The notes beneath the pieces were generated by a model. That model was not told where the DNA came from and made no database searches. It saw nothing but the letters and a program-made list of their open reading frames with translations. Below are positions 47,984 to 58,065 of a DNA stretch of 64,000 nucleotides, one piece after another (the stretch's first letter is position 1; every line of letters starts with the position of its first letter). The stretch lies in the NCBI GenBank assembly GCA_037443805.1, contig JBBINQ010000007.1, positions 12,977-76,976 on the forward strand, given 5' to 3'. The translations under genes were made by a program, and so were the position numbers. The stretch is from a candidate division WOR-3 bacterium. Lineage in GTDB: Bacteria; Hydrothermota; Tepidihabitantia; SM23-42; JAOAFX01.

Positions 47984-49474
47984 ATGGAAGGAAAAATATC
48001 TCTAAAAGCAGCAGGAATTATTGCTGGTGTAGCGGCAATATTTGCATTCCTTTTTGGATTGATTATTAGTGTCGGCATTCCGGTTTTATCAAACCGAACC
48101 GAAGCAAGTCAGGGGACGGGTAGCATTAATCCAATTATAACTGAAAATAGCGAGAGTCCCTTTACCAAAGTTGCTGAAATGGTTTCTCCAGCCGTTGTAA
48201 ATATTTCAGCAGAGCGGACCATAAAAACGAATTTTGATAATTTTGAATGGAATTTTCGTGGTCCATTTGAAGATTTTTTCCGGGATTTTTTCAAAAATTT
48301 ACCTCCTGGTGAAAGCAAAACACGGAGCCTCGGTTCTGGATTTATTATTTCAGAAGATGGTTATTTGGTGACAAATCACCATGTGATTAAAGATGCTTCA
48401 AATATTATCATTAGATTGACCAACAAAAAAGAATACAAAGGCAAGGAGATAAAGATTATTGGTTCAGATGCTCGTACTGACATTGCTTTGCTCAAGATTG
48501 AAACAAAAGAGAAACTTCCTTATTTGAAATTGGGAGATTCTGATAAAATACGGGTCGGCGATTGGGTAATGGCAGTAGGTAATCCATTCAATCTTGAAGG
48601 AACAGTTACTGTCGGCGTCATCTCTGCAAAAGGAAGGAGTCATATCCCACTCAGTGAAGGACCAGATTTTCAGAATTTTTTGCAAACCGATGCGGCAATC
48701 AATCCGGGTAATTCAGGTGGTCCTCTTTTAAATCTGCAGGGCGAGGTAATTGGCATAAATACCGCAATTACTTCTACAAGTGGAGGCAATATTGGTATTG
48801 GATTTGCCATACCCGTTAATCTTGCAAAGACGATTATTGACGAATTAAAAACAAAGGGAAAGGTAACGCGTGGCTATCTTGGGGTTTATCTTGAGGACCT
48901 TACCGAAGATATGAAAGAAGCACTCAATCTATCATCTCTTGAAGGTGTGCTAATAAATGAAGTTATTAAGGATTCACCCGCAGATAGAGCTGGTATTAAA
49001 GATGGAGATGTAATAATTGAATTCAATGGAGAAAAAGTGACTGATGTCCAGTCATTTCGGCTCCGTGTTGCGTCAACACCGCCGGGTAAGACCGTAAAGA
49101 TAAAATTGATCAGAGATGGTAAGGAGATGAGTTTAAATGTGAAAATTGGTGAGATGGAAACTCAGCCCGTTGCACAAAGTGGTGAAGAACAGGAAACTCA
49201 GCTTGGATTACAGGTAGTGGATATTGACAGTCCTGAAGCAAAGATCTATAATCTTAGCGTAAAAAAAGGTGTTGTCGTGGTTAACATAGAATCAAATTCG
49301 CCAGCCGAAGAAGCAGGTATTCAGATAGGAGATGTGATTATTGGTATTGGAAATAAAGAGATTGAAAATATGAGCGATTTCAGGGATGCGGTGAAGAATT
49401 TGAAAAAGGGTAAGCCTGTAGTGTTTCAAATCCAGCGGGCAGATAGAAAGAGATATGTAGCATTAACCCCTTGA
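47984..49474 (+). CDS. HtrA/DegP-family periplasmic serine endoprotease with two PDZ domains
   Basis: Catalytic GNSGGPLLN. His context TNHHVI. Two PDZ-like segments. N-terminal TM anchor. Confidence 0.85.
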   Translation: MEGKISLKAAGIIAGVAAIFAFLFGLIISVGIPVLSNRTEASQGTGSINPIITENSESPFTKVAEMVSPAVVNISAERTIKTNFDNFEWNFRGPFEDFFRDFFKNLPPGESKTRSLGSGFIISEDGYLVTNHHVIKDASNIIIRLTNKKEYKGKEIKIIGSDARTDIALLKIETKEKLPYLKLGDSDKIRVGDWVMAVGNPFNLEGTVTVGVISAKGRSHIPLSEGPDFQNFLQTDAAINPGNSGGPLLNLQGEVIGINTAITSTSGGNIGIGFAIPVNLAKTIIDELKTKGKVTRGYLGVYLEDLTEDMKEALNLSSLEGVLINEVIKDSPADRAGIKDGDVIIEFNGEKVTDVQSFRLRVASTPPGKTVKIKLIRDGKEMSLNVKIGEMETQPVAQSGEEQETQLGLQVVDIDSPEAKIYNLSVKKGVVVVNIESNSPAEEAGIQIGDVIIGIGNKEIENMSDFRDAVKNLKKGKPVVFQIQRADRKRYVALTP

Positions 49475-50314
49475 TTGATGCGAAGACTGAGGAGTCTAAC
49501 AGAAAGAGGATTAAAACAATTTTTTGATGAGATTTCAAAGTATCCAGTTCTAACAAAAGAAGAAGAGTTAAAACTTGCCAGAAGTATAAGGGAAAAGGGA
49601 GATAACGAAGCAAAAGAAAAGCTGATTCTTTCAAATCTAAGAATTGTATTGCATATATGTAAGAATTTTCTTGATTATGGGTTGCCCCTGAGTGAATTGA
49701 TCAATGCTGGCACTCAGGGGCTTATGCACGCCGTAGAAAAATTTGACCACCGCAAAGGTTACCGCTTCAGTACCTACTCAATATGGTGGATAAAAAGGGC
49801 AATATATAAGGCTATTTATGTAGACTATGAGATTGTGCCAAAGAGCCATCTGGCAAAAAGAATTAAAGCATTTATTCCGACTTTTGTTCAGGATAAGGGC
49901 AGGGAACCCACAGTTCAAGAGATTGCCCGACATTTAAAGGTTTCAACTCATCAGGTAACCAATGCCCTTACTGAACTATTACCAGTAATCTCACTGGATG
50001 AAACAACAGATGATGATTCAAACCCTTTGATTGAGGTATTGTCTATTGATGAAAAACATTCGGAAAAACTCGTTGTTCCGTCGCCCGAGGAGATTTTAAG
50101 GAAAAGGCAGGATGCCGAAAAAATACAGGAGGCATTAAAAAAACTTTCGCCGCGGGAGCGGGATATTGTAGAAAGAAATTTTGGTCTCGGTGATTACGAA
50201 ACGCAGAGTCTGGAAGAGATAAGTCGTTTAATGAATATTACAAAAGAGAGGGTAAGGCAGATAAGGGATAATGCATTGAAGAAACTAAAATTAATTCTTT
50301 TGCGGATTAAATAG
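49475..50314 (+). CDS. Sigma-70 family RNA polymerase sigma factor (regions 2-4, no region 1.1)
   Basis: Region 2 (RFSTYSIWWIKRAI), region 4 HTH (EEISRLMNITKERVRQIRDNALKKL). TTG start 1 nt after the htrA stop. Confidence 0.8.
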   Translation: MMRRLRSLTERGLKQFFDEISKYPVLTKEEELKLARSIREKGDNEAKEKLILSNLRIVLHICKNFLDYGLPLSELINAGTQGLMHAVEKFDHRKGYRFSTYSIWWIKRAIYKAIYVDYEIVPKSHLAKRIKAFIPTFVQDKGREPTVQEIARHLKVSTHQVTNALTELLPVISLDETTDDDSNPLIEVLSIDEKHSEKLVVPSPEEILRKRQDAEKIQEALKKLSPRERDIVERNFGLGDYETQSLEEISRLMNITKERVRQIRDNALKKLKLILLRIK

Positions 50315-50360
50315 AGATTATTTTTGCATTAATTGTATTAATGAATGAGCGGGTTTTTAA

Positions 50361-50894
50361 TTATTTTAATTCCTCAATTGAAATTTCGGTATTAGTATAG
50401 ATACATATCTGTGCTGCGATTTTTATTGATTCTTCAACGATTTCTTTTGCTGAGAGTTCTGTATATTTAAATAGGGCACGGGCAGCAGCCAGGGCATAAG
50501 GCGCACCCGAACCTATGGCAACAATGCCATCATCAGGTTCAATTACATCGCCTGCTCCTGAGATAATATACGAATGGTCTTTATCAAGGATTGCAAGAAA
50601 TGCCTCAAGTCGGCGTAGAATCTTATCCTGGCGCCAGTCCTTGGCAAGTTCAACCACACTGCGCGGTAGATTACCCCTGAATTCTTCAAGTTTTGCCTCA
50701 AATCTTTCAAAAAGTGTTAAGGCATCTGCAGTAGCACCGGCAAATCCAACGAGGATTTTGTCATTATACATTTTACGAATCTTTTTTGCCCGTTGTTTCA
50801 TTACTGTTTCGCCAGTTGTCACCTGACCATCGCAGCCGATTGCAACCTTACCATTACGCCGAATTCCTAAAATAGTAGTTGCCTGCATACTCAA
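50361..50894 (-). CDS. hslV: ATP-dependent protease subunit HslV
   Basis: [22 protein letters not shown]-terminal Thr active site. [14 protein letters not shown]. Confidence 0.8.
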   Translation of the reverse strand: MSMQATTILGIRRNGKVAIGCDGQVTTGETVMKQRAKKIRKMYNDKILVGFAGATADALTLFERFEAKLEEFRGNLPRSVVELAKDWRQDKILRRLEAFLAILDKDHSYIISGAGDVIEPDDGIVAIGSGAPYALAAARALFKYTELSAKEIVEESIKIAAQICIYTNTEISIEELK

Positions 50895-50928
50895 TTATAA
50901 TTAATAAAATCCGTCTGTCAATAACCTC

Positions 50929-50956
50929 TTGACAGATCAAAAAAATAATATAATAT
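50929..50956 (+). promoter_or_regulatory. Sigma-70 type promoter TTGACA-16-TAATAT ending 7 nt before the methyltransferase ATG
   Basis: ttgaca at 50929-50934, taatat at 50951-50956, ATG at 50964. Confidence 0.4.
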
Positions 50957-50963
50957 ATAGCCA

Positions 50964-51734
50964 ATGATACAAAAAAATAATAAGTTAAAATTTAAAACCA
51001 ATAGAAAAACAAGGGAGAAAGATTTTCATAATAAAATTTTTGAAACTGGTGTGCATAATAAATTGACAGTATTCTATTCAATTAATGAAAGTATTTATAA
51101 AGATTTTATGGAACTATTATCACAATGTGTGGCAAAGAGAGTATTAGAAATTGGCTGTGGTTTAGGTAATTATGCAATTCAAATAGCCATCAAAGGAGCA
51201 GATGTTACTGCAATTGATATTTCTAACTATGCAATAAAACAGGCACAAGTGATTGCCAACGAGGAAAATCTTAAAATAGATTTTAGAATTATGGATGCTG
51301 AAAAATTAGAGTTTAAAAGTAATGAATTTGATCTGGTTTACGGTCTTGCTATCTTACATCATCTTAACCTTAAAAAAGTTATTCCTGAAATTCGGCGTGT
51401 GCTAAAACCCGGTGGAAAAGCGGTTTTTAGAGAACCCATGGGACATAATCCATTTATTAATTTATTCCGTTTTTTGACACCTGGATTACATTCAAGGGAT
51501 GAACATCCTTTAAAAATGAAGGATTTATATTTCATTGCTGAAAATTTTCCAAATTTTAAGTTTAAGTTTTATTACCTTTTCACCCTTATTGCGGCACCTT
51601 TTTATAAATTATCCTGCTTCAACTCATTGAAAAAATTCTTTGAAAGATTGGATAATATAATTTTTACAACTTTTCCGTGGTTCAAACAATTTAGTTGGCA
51701 GGTATTAATAATTTTAGATTATAGACAAAAGTGA
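50964..51734 (+). CDS. Class I SAM-dependent methyltransferase
   Basis: Motif I VLEIGCGLGNYA. LKPGGKAVF post-I. Confidence 0.7.
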   Translation: MIQKNNKLKFKTNRKTREKDFHNKIFETGVHNKLTVFYSINESIYKDFMELLSQCVAKRVLEIGCGLGNYAIQIAIKGADVTAIDISNYAIKQAQVIANEENLKIDFRIMDAEKLEFKSNEFDLVYGLAILHHLNLKKVIPEIRRVLKPGGKAVFREPMGHNPFINLFRFLTPGLHSRDEHPLKMKDLYFIAENFPNFKFKFYYLFTLIAAPFYKLSCFNSLKKFFERLDNIIFTTFPWFKQFSWQVLIILDYRQK

Positions 51735-51835
51735 GATAAATTAAAATCGGATACTATTTTCCGATGAATCGTCATAAACTCAATATTGATTATTAAAAAA
51801 ATTTGGTTATAATTTACAGAATAAGAGGAGGTAAT

Positions 51836-52732
51836 TTGAAAGTTTTAATTTCTGACCCGATTGCTAAAGAAGGTATTGAAATTTTAAAAAAAAGTGGTTT
51901 TGAAGTTGTGGAGAAAACAGGAATGGCACCTGAGGAACTGGTTAAGACTATCCCTGATTTTGATGCAATAATTGTGCGGAGCGCAACGAAGGTGACAAAA
52001 GAAGTGATTGAGGCAGGAAAGAAATTAAAGGTTATTGGCAGGGCTGGTGTTGGACTGGATAATGTTGATGCTGAAGCGGCAAAGGCAAAAGGAATAAAAG
52101 TTGTAAATACACCAGCAGCAACATCCATCTCTGTAGCAGAACTTGCTCTGGGAATGATGCTTTCTGCGGCAAGAATGATTCCTCAGGCAACTGTGTCAAC
52201 AAAAGCAGGTAAATGGGAGAAGAAAAAATTTCATGGATTTGAACTTTATGGTAAGACCCTTGGCATCATTGGTATTGGCAGGATCGGTTCTGAACTGGCA
52301 AAAAGGGCAAAGGCAATGGGTATGGAAGTTGTTGCGTATGACCCATATATCAAATCATCAGAATTTGCCAAGATTGTGGACTTTGATACCCTGCTTAAAA
52401 AATCAGACTATATCTCTTTGCATATCCCTAAAACAAAGGAGACTGCACACTTATTGAATAAATCTGCCTTTGATAAGATGAAGACCGGGGTCGTCATTGT
52501 CAACTGTGCACGGGGCGGTGTTATTGATGAAGATGCACTCTATGAGGCGATAATCACGGGTAAGGTAAGGGTTGCCTGCCTTGATGTCTATGAGGTGGAA
52601 CCTGCAAAGGAGCATAAACTATTCAGCCTTGAGCAGGTTATTCTAACTCCTCACATTGGTGCGCAAACTGAAGAAGGACAACAGCGGGCAGGTGTTCAGA
52701 TTGCAGAATTGGTCAGGGATGCATTAAAATAA
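51836..52732 (+). CDS. serA: D-3-phosphoglycerate dehydrogenase-like 2-hydroxyacid dehydrogenase (short form, no ACT domain)
   Basis: LKVLISDP start (TTG with SD agaggagg). NAD motif GIIGIGRIGSELAKRA. Catalytic His region PHIGAQT. Confidence 0.75.
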   Translation: MKVLISDPIAKEGIEILKKSGFEVVEKTGMAPEELVKTIPDFDAIIVRSATKVTKEVIEAGKKLKVIGRAGVGLDNVDAEAAKAKGIKVVNTPAATSISVAELALGMMLSAARMIPQATVSTKAGKWEKKKFHGFELYGKTLGIIGIGRIGSELAKRAKAMGMEVVAYDPYIKSSEFAKIVDFDTLLKKSDYISLHIPKTKETAHLLNKSAFDKMKTGVVIVNCARGGVIDEDALYEAIITGKVRVACLDVYEVEPAKEHKLFSLEQVILTPHIGAQTEEGQQRAGVQIAELVRDALK

Positions 52733-52833
52733 ACCCTAAAATTTTAAAATGCCTGAATCCTAAATTTTCAGCGTTAATCTGCATCTCTATTTGTATAAAC
52801 CTATGTGTAGCATAACCACAAAAAGGAGGCTTA

Positions 52834-54108
52834 ATGCCTGAAATTAGACCATTTAAAGGGATAAGATATAATCTAAAAAAGATAAATAATCTTGCTGATG
52901 TGATAACCCAGCCGTATGACCAGATAACCGATGAGATGGAGAAGGAGTATAAAAAAAGGAGTCCTTACAGTTTTGTAAATTTAGTTCTTACCCATTATGC
53001 AGATGGACATAATCGGGAGCAGGAATATAATAATGCAAAGCATTGTGTTGAAGATTGGTTCAAAAATAGCATCTTTGTTTACGATAAAGAAGAGTCAATA
53101 TACCCCTATTTTCAGGAATTTTCAATTGAAGGTAAAAAATATATAAGAAAAGGATTTATCTGTAGATTAAGGCTTGAGGAATTGGGTAAAGGTAATATTC
53201 TCCCCCATGAAAAGACCCTTTCCAAACCAAAAGAAGACCGTTTAAGCCTTACCCGCATTACAAAAAAAGATTTTGAACCGGTATTTTTACTGTATACTGA
53301 CCCGGAAAATGCAGTGATGCAAATAATTGAAAAGCACTGCAATGATACACCAATAATTGATGTTAAAGATGACAGGAATATTGCCCACCGATTGTGGAAG
53401 ATCTCAGATAAAAATGCAATTGAAAATATTTCCCATAGATTAAAAGATTCAATATTTGTAATTGCTGATGGTCATCATCGTTATGAGACCTTTTTCAATT
53501 ATCGGAATGAACTTGGTGATATTGACCAGAACCACCCGGCAAATTTTAAGATGGTTACCCTCGTAAATATTCAGGATTCGGGTTTGGTCATCCTTCCTAC
53601 CCATCGTCTGGCAATGAATTTAAAAGGATTTAAAACTGAAACATTTCTGCAAAAGGTGCAGGAATTTTTTGAGGCGAAAAAAGTAGCAAAAGAGGCGATA
53701 AAAAAAGAACTTGAAAAAGAAAAGATGCATGCATTTGGATTCTATTCTTTAGAAGGTTGTTATCTCCTTAAATTGAAGGATTTAAAGATAATGTCAAAGA
53801 TTCTGCCTGAGCGGAGTAAAGAATATCAAAATCTTGATGTGGCAGTCCTGCATGCCCTTTTGATAGAAAAGATTTTAGGTGTTAGACTGGAAAAGATTGA
53901 AGACCATATCCGGTATCAACGAGGCATAGATGAAACAATAAAAAGAGTAGACTCCGGTGAATTCCAGTGTGCATTTTTAATGAATCCAACAAAACCAGAA
54001 CAGGTGCATGATGTCGCAAAAAATAGAGAAAGGATGCCTCAGAAATCTACGGATTTTTATCCAAAATTGATTTCAGGTTTGGTCTTTTATGATATAGAAA
54101 AGGGTTGA
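52834..54108 (+). CDS. DUF1015-family protein
   Basis: MPEIRPFKGIRYN is the family-typical N-terminus. About 424 aa. Known genomic association with serA/serC. Confidence 0.7.
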   Translation: MPEIRPFKGIRYNLKKINNLADVITQPYDQITDEMEKEYKKRSPYSFVNLVLTHYADGHNREQEYNNAKHCVEDWFKNSIFVYDKEESIYPYFQEFSIEGKKYIRKGFICRLRLEELGKGNILPHEKTLSKPKEDRLSLTRITKKDFEPVFLLYTDPENAVMQIIEKHCNDTPIIDVKDDRNIAHRLWKISDKNAIENISHRLKDSIFVIADGHHRYETFFNYRNELGDIDQNHPANFKMVTLVNIQDSGLVILPTHRLAMNLKGFKTETFLQKVQEFFEAKKVAKEAIKKELEKEKMHAFGFYSLEGCYLLKLKDLKIMSKILPERSKEYQNLDVAVLHALLIEKILGVRLEKIEDHIRYQRGIDETIKRVDSGEFQCAFLMNPTKPEQVHDVAKNRERMPQKSTDFYPKLISGLVFYDIEKG

Positions 54109-54110
54109 TA

Positions 54111-55013
54111 CTAAATCTTAACCATTCGTTCAATTGCAATAAGTGCTTTTTGTCGTATTTTCTCATCAACAGTAATTTCGTGTTTCATATCTTCTAAAGC
54201 CCAGAGCACTTTTTCCAGGGTTGTGAGTTTCATATTTGGACACATGGCATTGGGATTGCCCGGAATAAATTCTTTATCAGGGTTCTCTTTTTTTAATCTG
54301 TGAAGTAGACCAATCTCTGTACAGATAATAAATTGTTCTGCTGGACTATTTTTTGCATAAGTAATCATTTGTGAAGTTGAGCAGATGGCATCTGCGATTT
54401 CCTGAACTTCAGTGCGGCATTCAGGATGGACGAGCACCTTGGCAAGGGGATACTGCTCTTTTAATTTCAGTATCCCTTCTTTACTGAATAACATATGTGT
54501 AGGACAGTAACCTTCATAAAGATAAAATTTCTTTTCTAAAATCTGGCGTGCTACATATGCGCCAAGATATTTATCCGGAACAAAGATAATCTCTTTTTTA
54601 TCAATCGTCCTTGCTATTTTTACGCCATTGGCTGAAGTACAGCAGACATCAGACAGAGCCTTTACTTCTGCAGTGGAATTAATATAAGTAATAACTGCAG
54701 CCTCAGGATGTTTTTTCCTTTCTTTTTCTAATTTTATGGGGTCAATCATATTTGCCATGGGACAGCCTGCGTGAAGGTCAGGCATTAGCACAATCTTATC
54801 AGGATTAAAGATTTTTGCCGTTTCAGCCATAAAATGGACGCCGCAGAAAACAATAACCTTTGAAGGAATATCGCGCGAAATGCGCGCCAGTTCCAGGGAA
54901 TCTCCTACAAAATCTCCAATATCCTGAATTTCAGGTAGTTGATAATTGTGAACCAGAATGATTGCGTTATGTTTTCTCTTTAATTCGTTGATCCTTTTTA
55001 TAATTTCATTCAT
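54111..55013 (-). CDS. nadA: Quinolinate synthase A
   Basis: NAIILVHNYQ. Fe-S cysteines in FCGVHFMAE, HPEC and GYCPTH contexts. About 300 aa. Confidence 0.85.
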   Translation of the reverse strand: MNEIIKRINELKRKHNAIILVHNYQLPEIQDIGDFVGDSLELARISRDIPSKVIVFCGVHFMAETAKIFNPDKIVLMPDLHAGCPMANMIDPIKLEKERKKHPEAAVITYINSTAEVKALSDVCCTSANGVKIARTIDKKEIIFVPDKYLGAYVARQILEKKFYLYEGYCPTHMLFSKEGILKLKEQYPLAKVLVHPECRTEVQEIADAICSTSQMITYAKNSPAEQFIICTEIGLLHRLKKENPDKEFIPGNPNAMCPNMKLTTLEKVLWALEDMKHEITVDEKIRQKALIAIERMVKI

Positions 55014-55015
55014 AA

Positions 55016-55906
55016 CTATTCATTACGATGCGCAGTTTTATTCAGGATAATATAATTCAAGGGGTCTACGGGAACGCCAGCAATTCTTATTTCATAATGA
55101 AGATGAGGTCCAGTAATTTTGCCGCTTGTTCCGATAAACCCAATGATGTCTCCCCTTTTGACCGATTGCCCATTAATGACATTTGGATTCTGCAAGTGTG
55201 CATACATTGTAGTTAAATCTTTATTATGATTGATTTCTATAATAATGCCAAAGTCATTTGTTCTCTGCACTTTTTTCACAACACCATCTGCAGGAGCAAT
55301 GACTGGTGTGCCTATGGGTGCTGCAATATCAATTCCTTCATGCATCTTTACTGTTCCGGTAAATGGGTCTGGACAATGACCAAAACCGCGCATAAACCAG
55401 CCGTTAACCGGTGCAATAGATGGTATTAAATCCTTCAAATTTTGTTTTTGTTCAAGATAATTCAGGATTGCTTTATTTGTTAAATAATGGTCATTTGTCT
55501 GCAAAAGTAATTCATCAAGAACCATTGATATCTGATTTAAATTTCTATTTTCTATAGAATCATTTGGTATTTTATCTTCAGTCTTATAATTGATTACTGT
55601 TTCAAGGGGTTTTAATTGTGCAAAGTATTTTAAGGCGGTATCTTTTTTTGTTAGGCTATCAAGATTTATGTTTATTGATTTTATTTCGGCTTCTATAAAT
55701 TCAAGTTCTTTACGGACAATATTATTTTCATAGTTTAATTGCTGTATTTTTTTATAATCTACCCTACTGCGAGCAAAATTGATTAATCCGTATACAAAAA
55801 GAATCAATATTGCAATAATAACAATAATAACTAAGGCAAGAATACTCCAGTTGACAATTAAATTTAATGTCTTGTTTTTCCGTTCATTAATAAAAATAAT
55901 TTCCAA
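55016..55906 (-). CDS. M23-family (LytM-type) metalloendopeptidase with N-terminal TM and coiled coil
   Basis: HEGIDIAAPIGTPV...GSTGKITGPHLHYEIR has the HxxxD and HxH zinc motifs. Confidence 0.8.
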   Translation of the reverse strand: MEIIFINERKNKTLNLIVNWSILALVIIVIIAILILFVYGLINFARSRVDYKKIQQLNYENNIVRKELEFIEAEIKSININLDSLTKKDTALKYFAQLKPLETVINYKTEDKIPNDSIENRNLNQISMVLDELLLQTNDHYLTNKAILNYLEQKQNLKDLIPSIAPVNGWFMRGFGHCPDPFTGTVKMHEGIDIAAPIGTPVIAPADGVVKKVQRTNDFGIIIEINHNKDLTTMYAHLQNPNVINGQSVKRGDIIGFIGTSGKITGPHLHYEIRIAGVPVDPLNYIILNKTAHRNE

Positions 55907-55972
55907 AGATGCTCCTGAATCTATTATATATCTGGCTAATTCAAAGTCAAGGGGGATTAAAAAGATATTCTA

Positions 55973-56000
55973 TTGACTTTAATACATTGCTATATATAAT
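55973..56000 (+). promoter_or_regulatory. Sigma-70 type promoter TTGACT-16-TATAAT ending 5 nt before the Yip1-like gene ATG (leaderless)
   Basis: ttgact at 55973-55978, tataat at 55995-56000, ATG at 56006. Confidence 0.5.
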
Positions 56001-56005
56001 ATTTT

Positions 56006-56680
56006 ATGGAAAACATAATTAATATTTTTCTAAATCCAGGCTCAGTATTTAAAAGAATAAAAGAAAAGCCAGAATGGCTATTACCATTGTTGGTCGTGCT
56101 TGTTGCTCTCGCAATAATAGCGATCCTGACAATTTCAGCAACACAGGATTTGATTACTGCTCAGCAGATAGAAGCACTTAAACAGCGCAATATGACCGAT
56201 GAACAGATTGAACAGGCTTTGAAATTTTCTTCAGGTCCAATATTGTTCATTTTTGGTGGTCTTGGTGCAATTATCAATACTGTGGTTATCCTCTTGATTT
56301 TTTCTGCGCTGTTGAATCTCTTTATTCCAATGTTTGGTGGCGAAGGTTCATTTAAAATGGTCTTTTCAGTTGTTTCTTTTTCTGCTCTTGTAAAAATACC
56401 CGGGAACATAATACGGTTAATACTGGTCCTTTTAAAGCATTCACTTCAGGTAAGTACATCCATTGCCCTTTTTATTCCCAATCTTAATACCCATTCAATT
56501 GCTTATAGACTATTGAACCAATTTGATTTTTTTATATTCTGGGAAATGTGCCTTGTTGCCTATGGTATACACATTACCAATAGTTTGAAAAAGGAGAATA
56601 GTTATATTCTGGTCTTTGCTATCTGGCTTGCATCAATTCTCTTGAGTATTGCGCTTGGTGGAATATTTGGCGCAAAATAG
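56006..56680 (+). CDS. Yip1-domain membrane protein
   Basis: IFLNPGSVFKRIKEKPEWLLPLLVV start and a 5-TM layout typical of bacterial Yip1/DUF1282 proteins. Confidence 0.55.
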   Translation: MENIINIFLNPGSVFKRIKEKPEWLLPLLVVLVALAIIAILTISATQDLITAQQIEALKQRNMTDEQIEQALKFSSGPILFIFGGLGAIINTVVILLIFSALLNLFIPMFGGEGSFKMVFSVVSFSALVKIPGNIIRLILVLLKHSLQVSTSIALFIPNLNTHSIAYRLLNQFDFFIFWEMCLVAYGIHITNSLKKENSYILVFAIWLASILLSIALGGIFGAK

Positions 56681-56820
56681 AAACAGATAAAAAGAACAAC
56701 GCAGAGTAGAATAATTTAGCTGAACATATATATTAATCCATAATAAAAATCATAGGAATTTTTTTTATAATATCGTATACTTGATTTTAGTAGATGATTG
56801 TGTATAATACTTAAATCCAT

Positions 56821-58065
56821 ATGTGGATATTAATTTATTTAACATTTGAAATTGATTCTCTGTCTTTAAATCAGGTAATTGATATTGCATTAAGACAGAG
56901 TCCGAACTATTTAGAGTCACGGGAGAACCTGGCAAAGTCCCGTGTGCAATTTTATCAAGCACTTTCTTTTCTATTGCCCACCAATACAACGACTGGAACC
57001 TGGACACATAGTGAATTTAATAATATACAAACTGAAAAGTATACAGGCTCAACAAATTTCTCTATGCCGGTTTTTGATTTAGATGTGATCAGCTCAATTG
57101 TTATTGCAAAGGGGCAGGAAAAAGGGAGTGCAATACAGCACGAGCAGACCATAGCCAATTTAATTCTTAATCTAAAAAAATCTTATTATAATCTCATTAC
57201 GGCGAATGAACTGCTGAATTCGTCACAAAAGGCACAGGAGCGAGCACTGGAGAATAAAAAACTTGTGGAAACAAAATATAATCTCGGTTCAGCATCAAAA
57301 TTGGAATTACTTCAGGCTGAAGCCTTCTATCTACAGACTTTGCAAAATGTTTCTCAGGCAAAGACACTGGAAATGCAGGCGCAACAGGAATTAAAAGCAA
57401 TGCTCAATATTGAACACAAAATTTATCCGCTGGATTCACTAATTATCCCTGATACTTTTTTATTACCCTCTATTGATTCATTAAGGCTGATTTTAGAAAA
57501 GGTAAATTTAAGTATTAAACTGGCAAAACAGATGAGCAGTTTGTCAAAAGTAAATCTCTGGTTTTCTATGTTTGCTTTTTTACCTAAGATTTCACTCTTT
57601 TATGGATACAGTGCAAGCCTTGATTCCTTTGTCTTTGATTTTGATGTGTGGCGCGAACATTCCACAAAAAATTATGGTGTGAATATTACATTTCCGATAT
57701 TTGAAATTAAAAATTTGATCTTTAATTATCTTACGGCAAAGAAGGATATGAGGATTAAGGAATACAATAAGCAGAGTGCAATCCTTGAATCAGAAAAGTT
57801 ATTACATACGACTTATTATAGTCTGCAGGAATCAATTGACAAATTAAATTTTGCCAGAAAAAGTTTAGAGGTGGCTGAAGAGGCAATCATACTCGGACGC
57901 GAGCAGTATAGCCTGGGTGTAATCTCTCTTCTTGATTTTTTACGCACAGAAGAGGAATACTACAATGCCCGGATTAATCTATCAAGGGCACTCAGTGATT
58001 TTTATACTAATCAGGCAATGCTCTCTTTTTTGTTAGGAAAGTTAACCATTGAGGAGTCAAAATGA
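56821..58065 (+). CDS. TolC-like outer-membrane efflux protein
   Basis: Two-repeat coiled-coil architecture with equatorial motifs (LLQAEAFYLQ, LDFLRTEEEYYNARINL). Precedes the MacA/MacB genes. Confidence 0.7.
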   Translation: MWILIYLTFEIDSLSLNQVIDIALRQSPNYLESRENLAKSRVQFYQALSFLLPTNTTTGTWTHSEFNNIQTEKYTGSTNFSMPVFDLDVISSIVIAKGQEKGSAIQHEQTIANLILNLKKSYYNLITANELLNSSQKAQERALENKKLVETKYNLGSASKLELLQAEAFYLQTLQNVSQAKTLEMQAQQELKAMLNIEHKIYPLDSLIIPDTFLLPSIDSLRLILEKVNLSIKLAKQMSSLSKVNLWFSMFAFLPKISLFYGYSASLDSFVFDFDVWREHSTKNYGVNITFPIFEIKNLIFNYLTAKKDMRIKEYNKQSAILESEKLLHTTYYSLQESIDKLNFARKSLEVAEEAIILGREQYSLGVISLLDFLRTEEEYYNARINLSRALSDFYTNQAMLSFLLGKLTIEESK

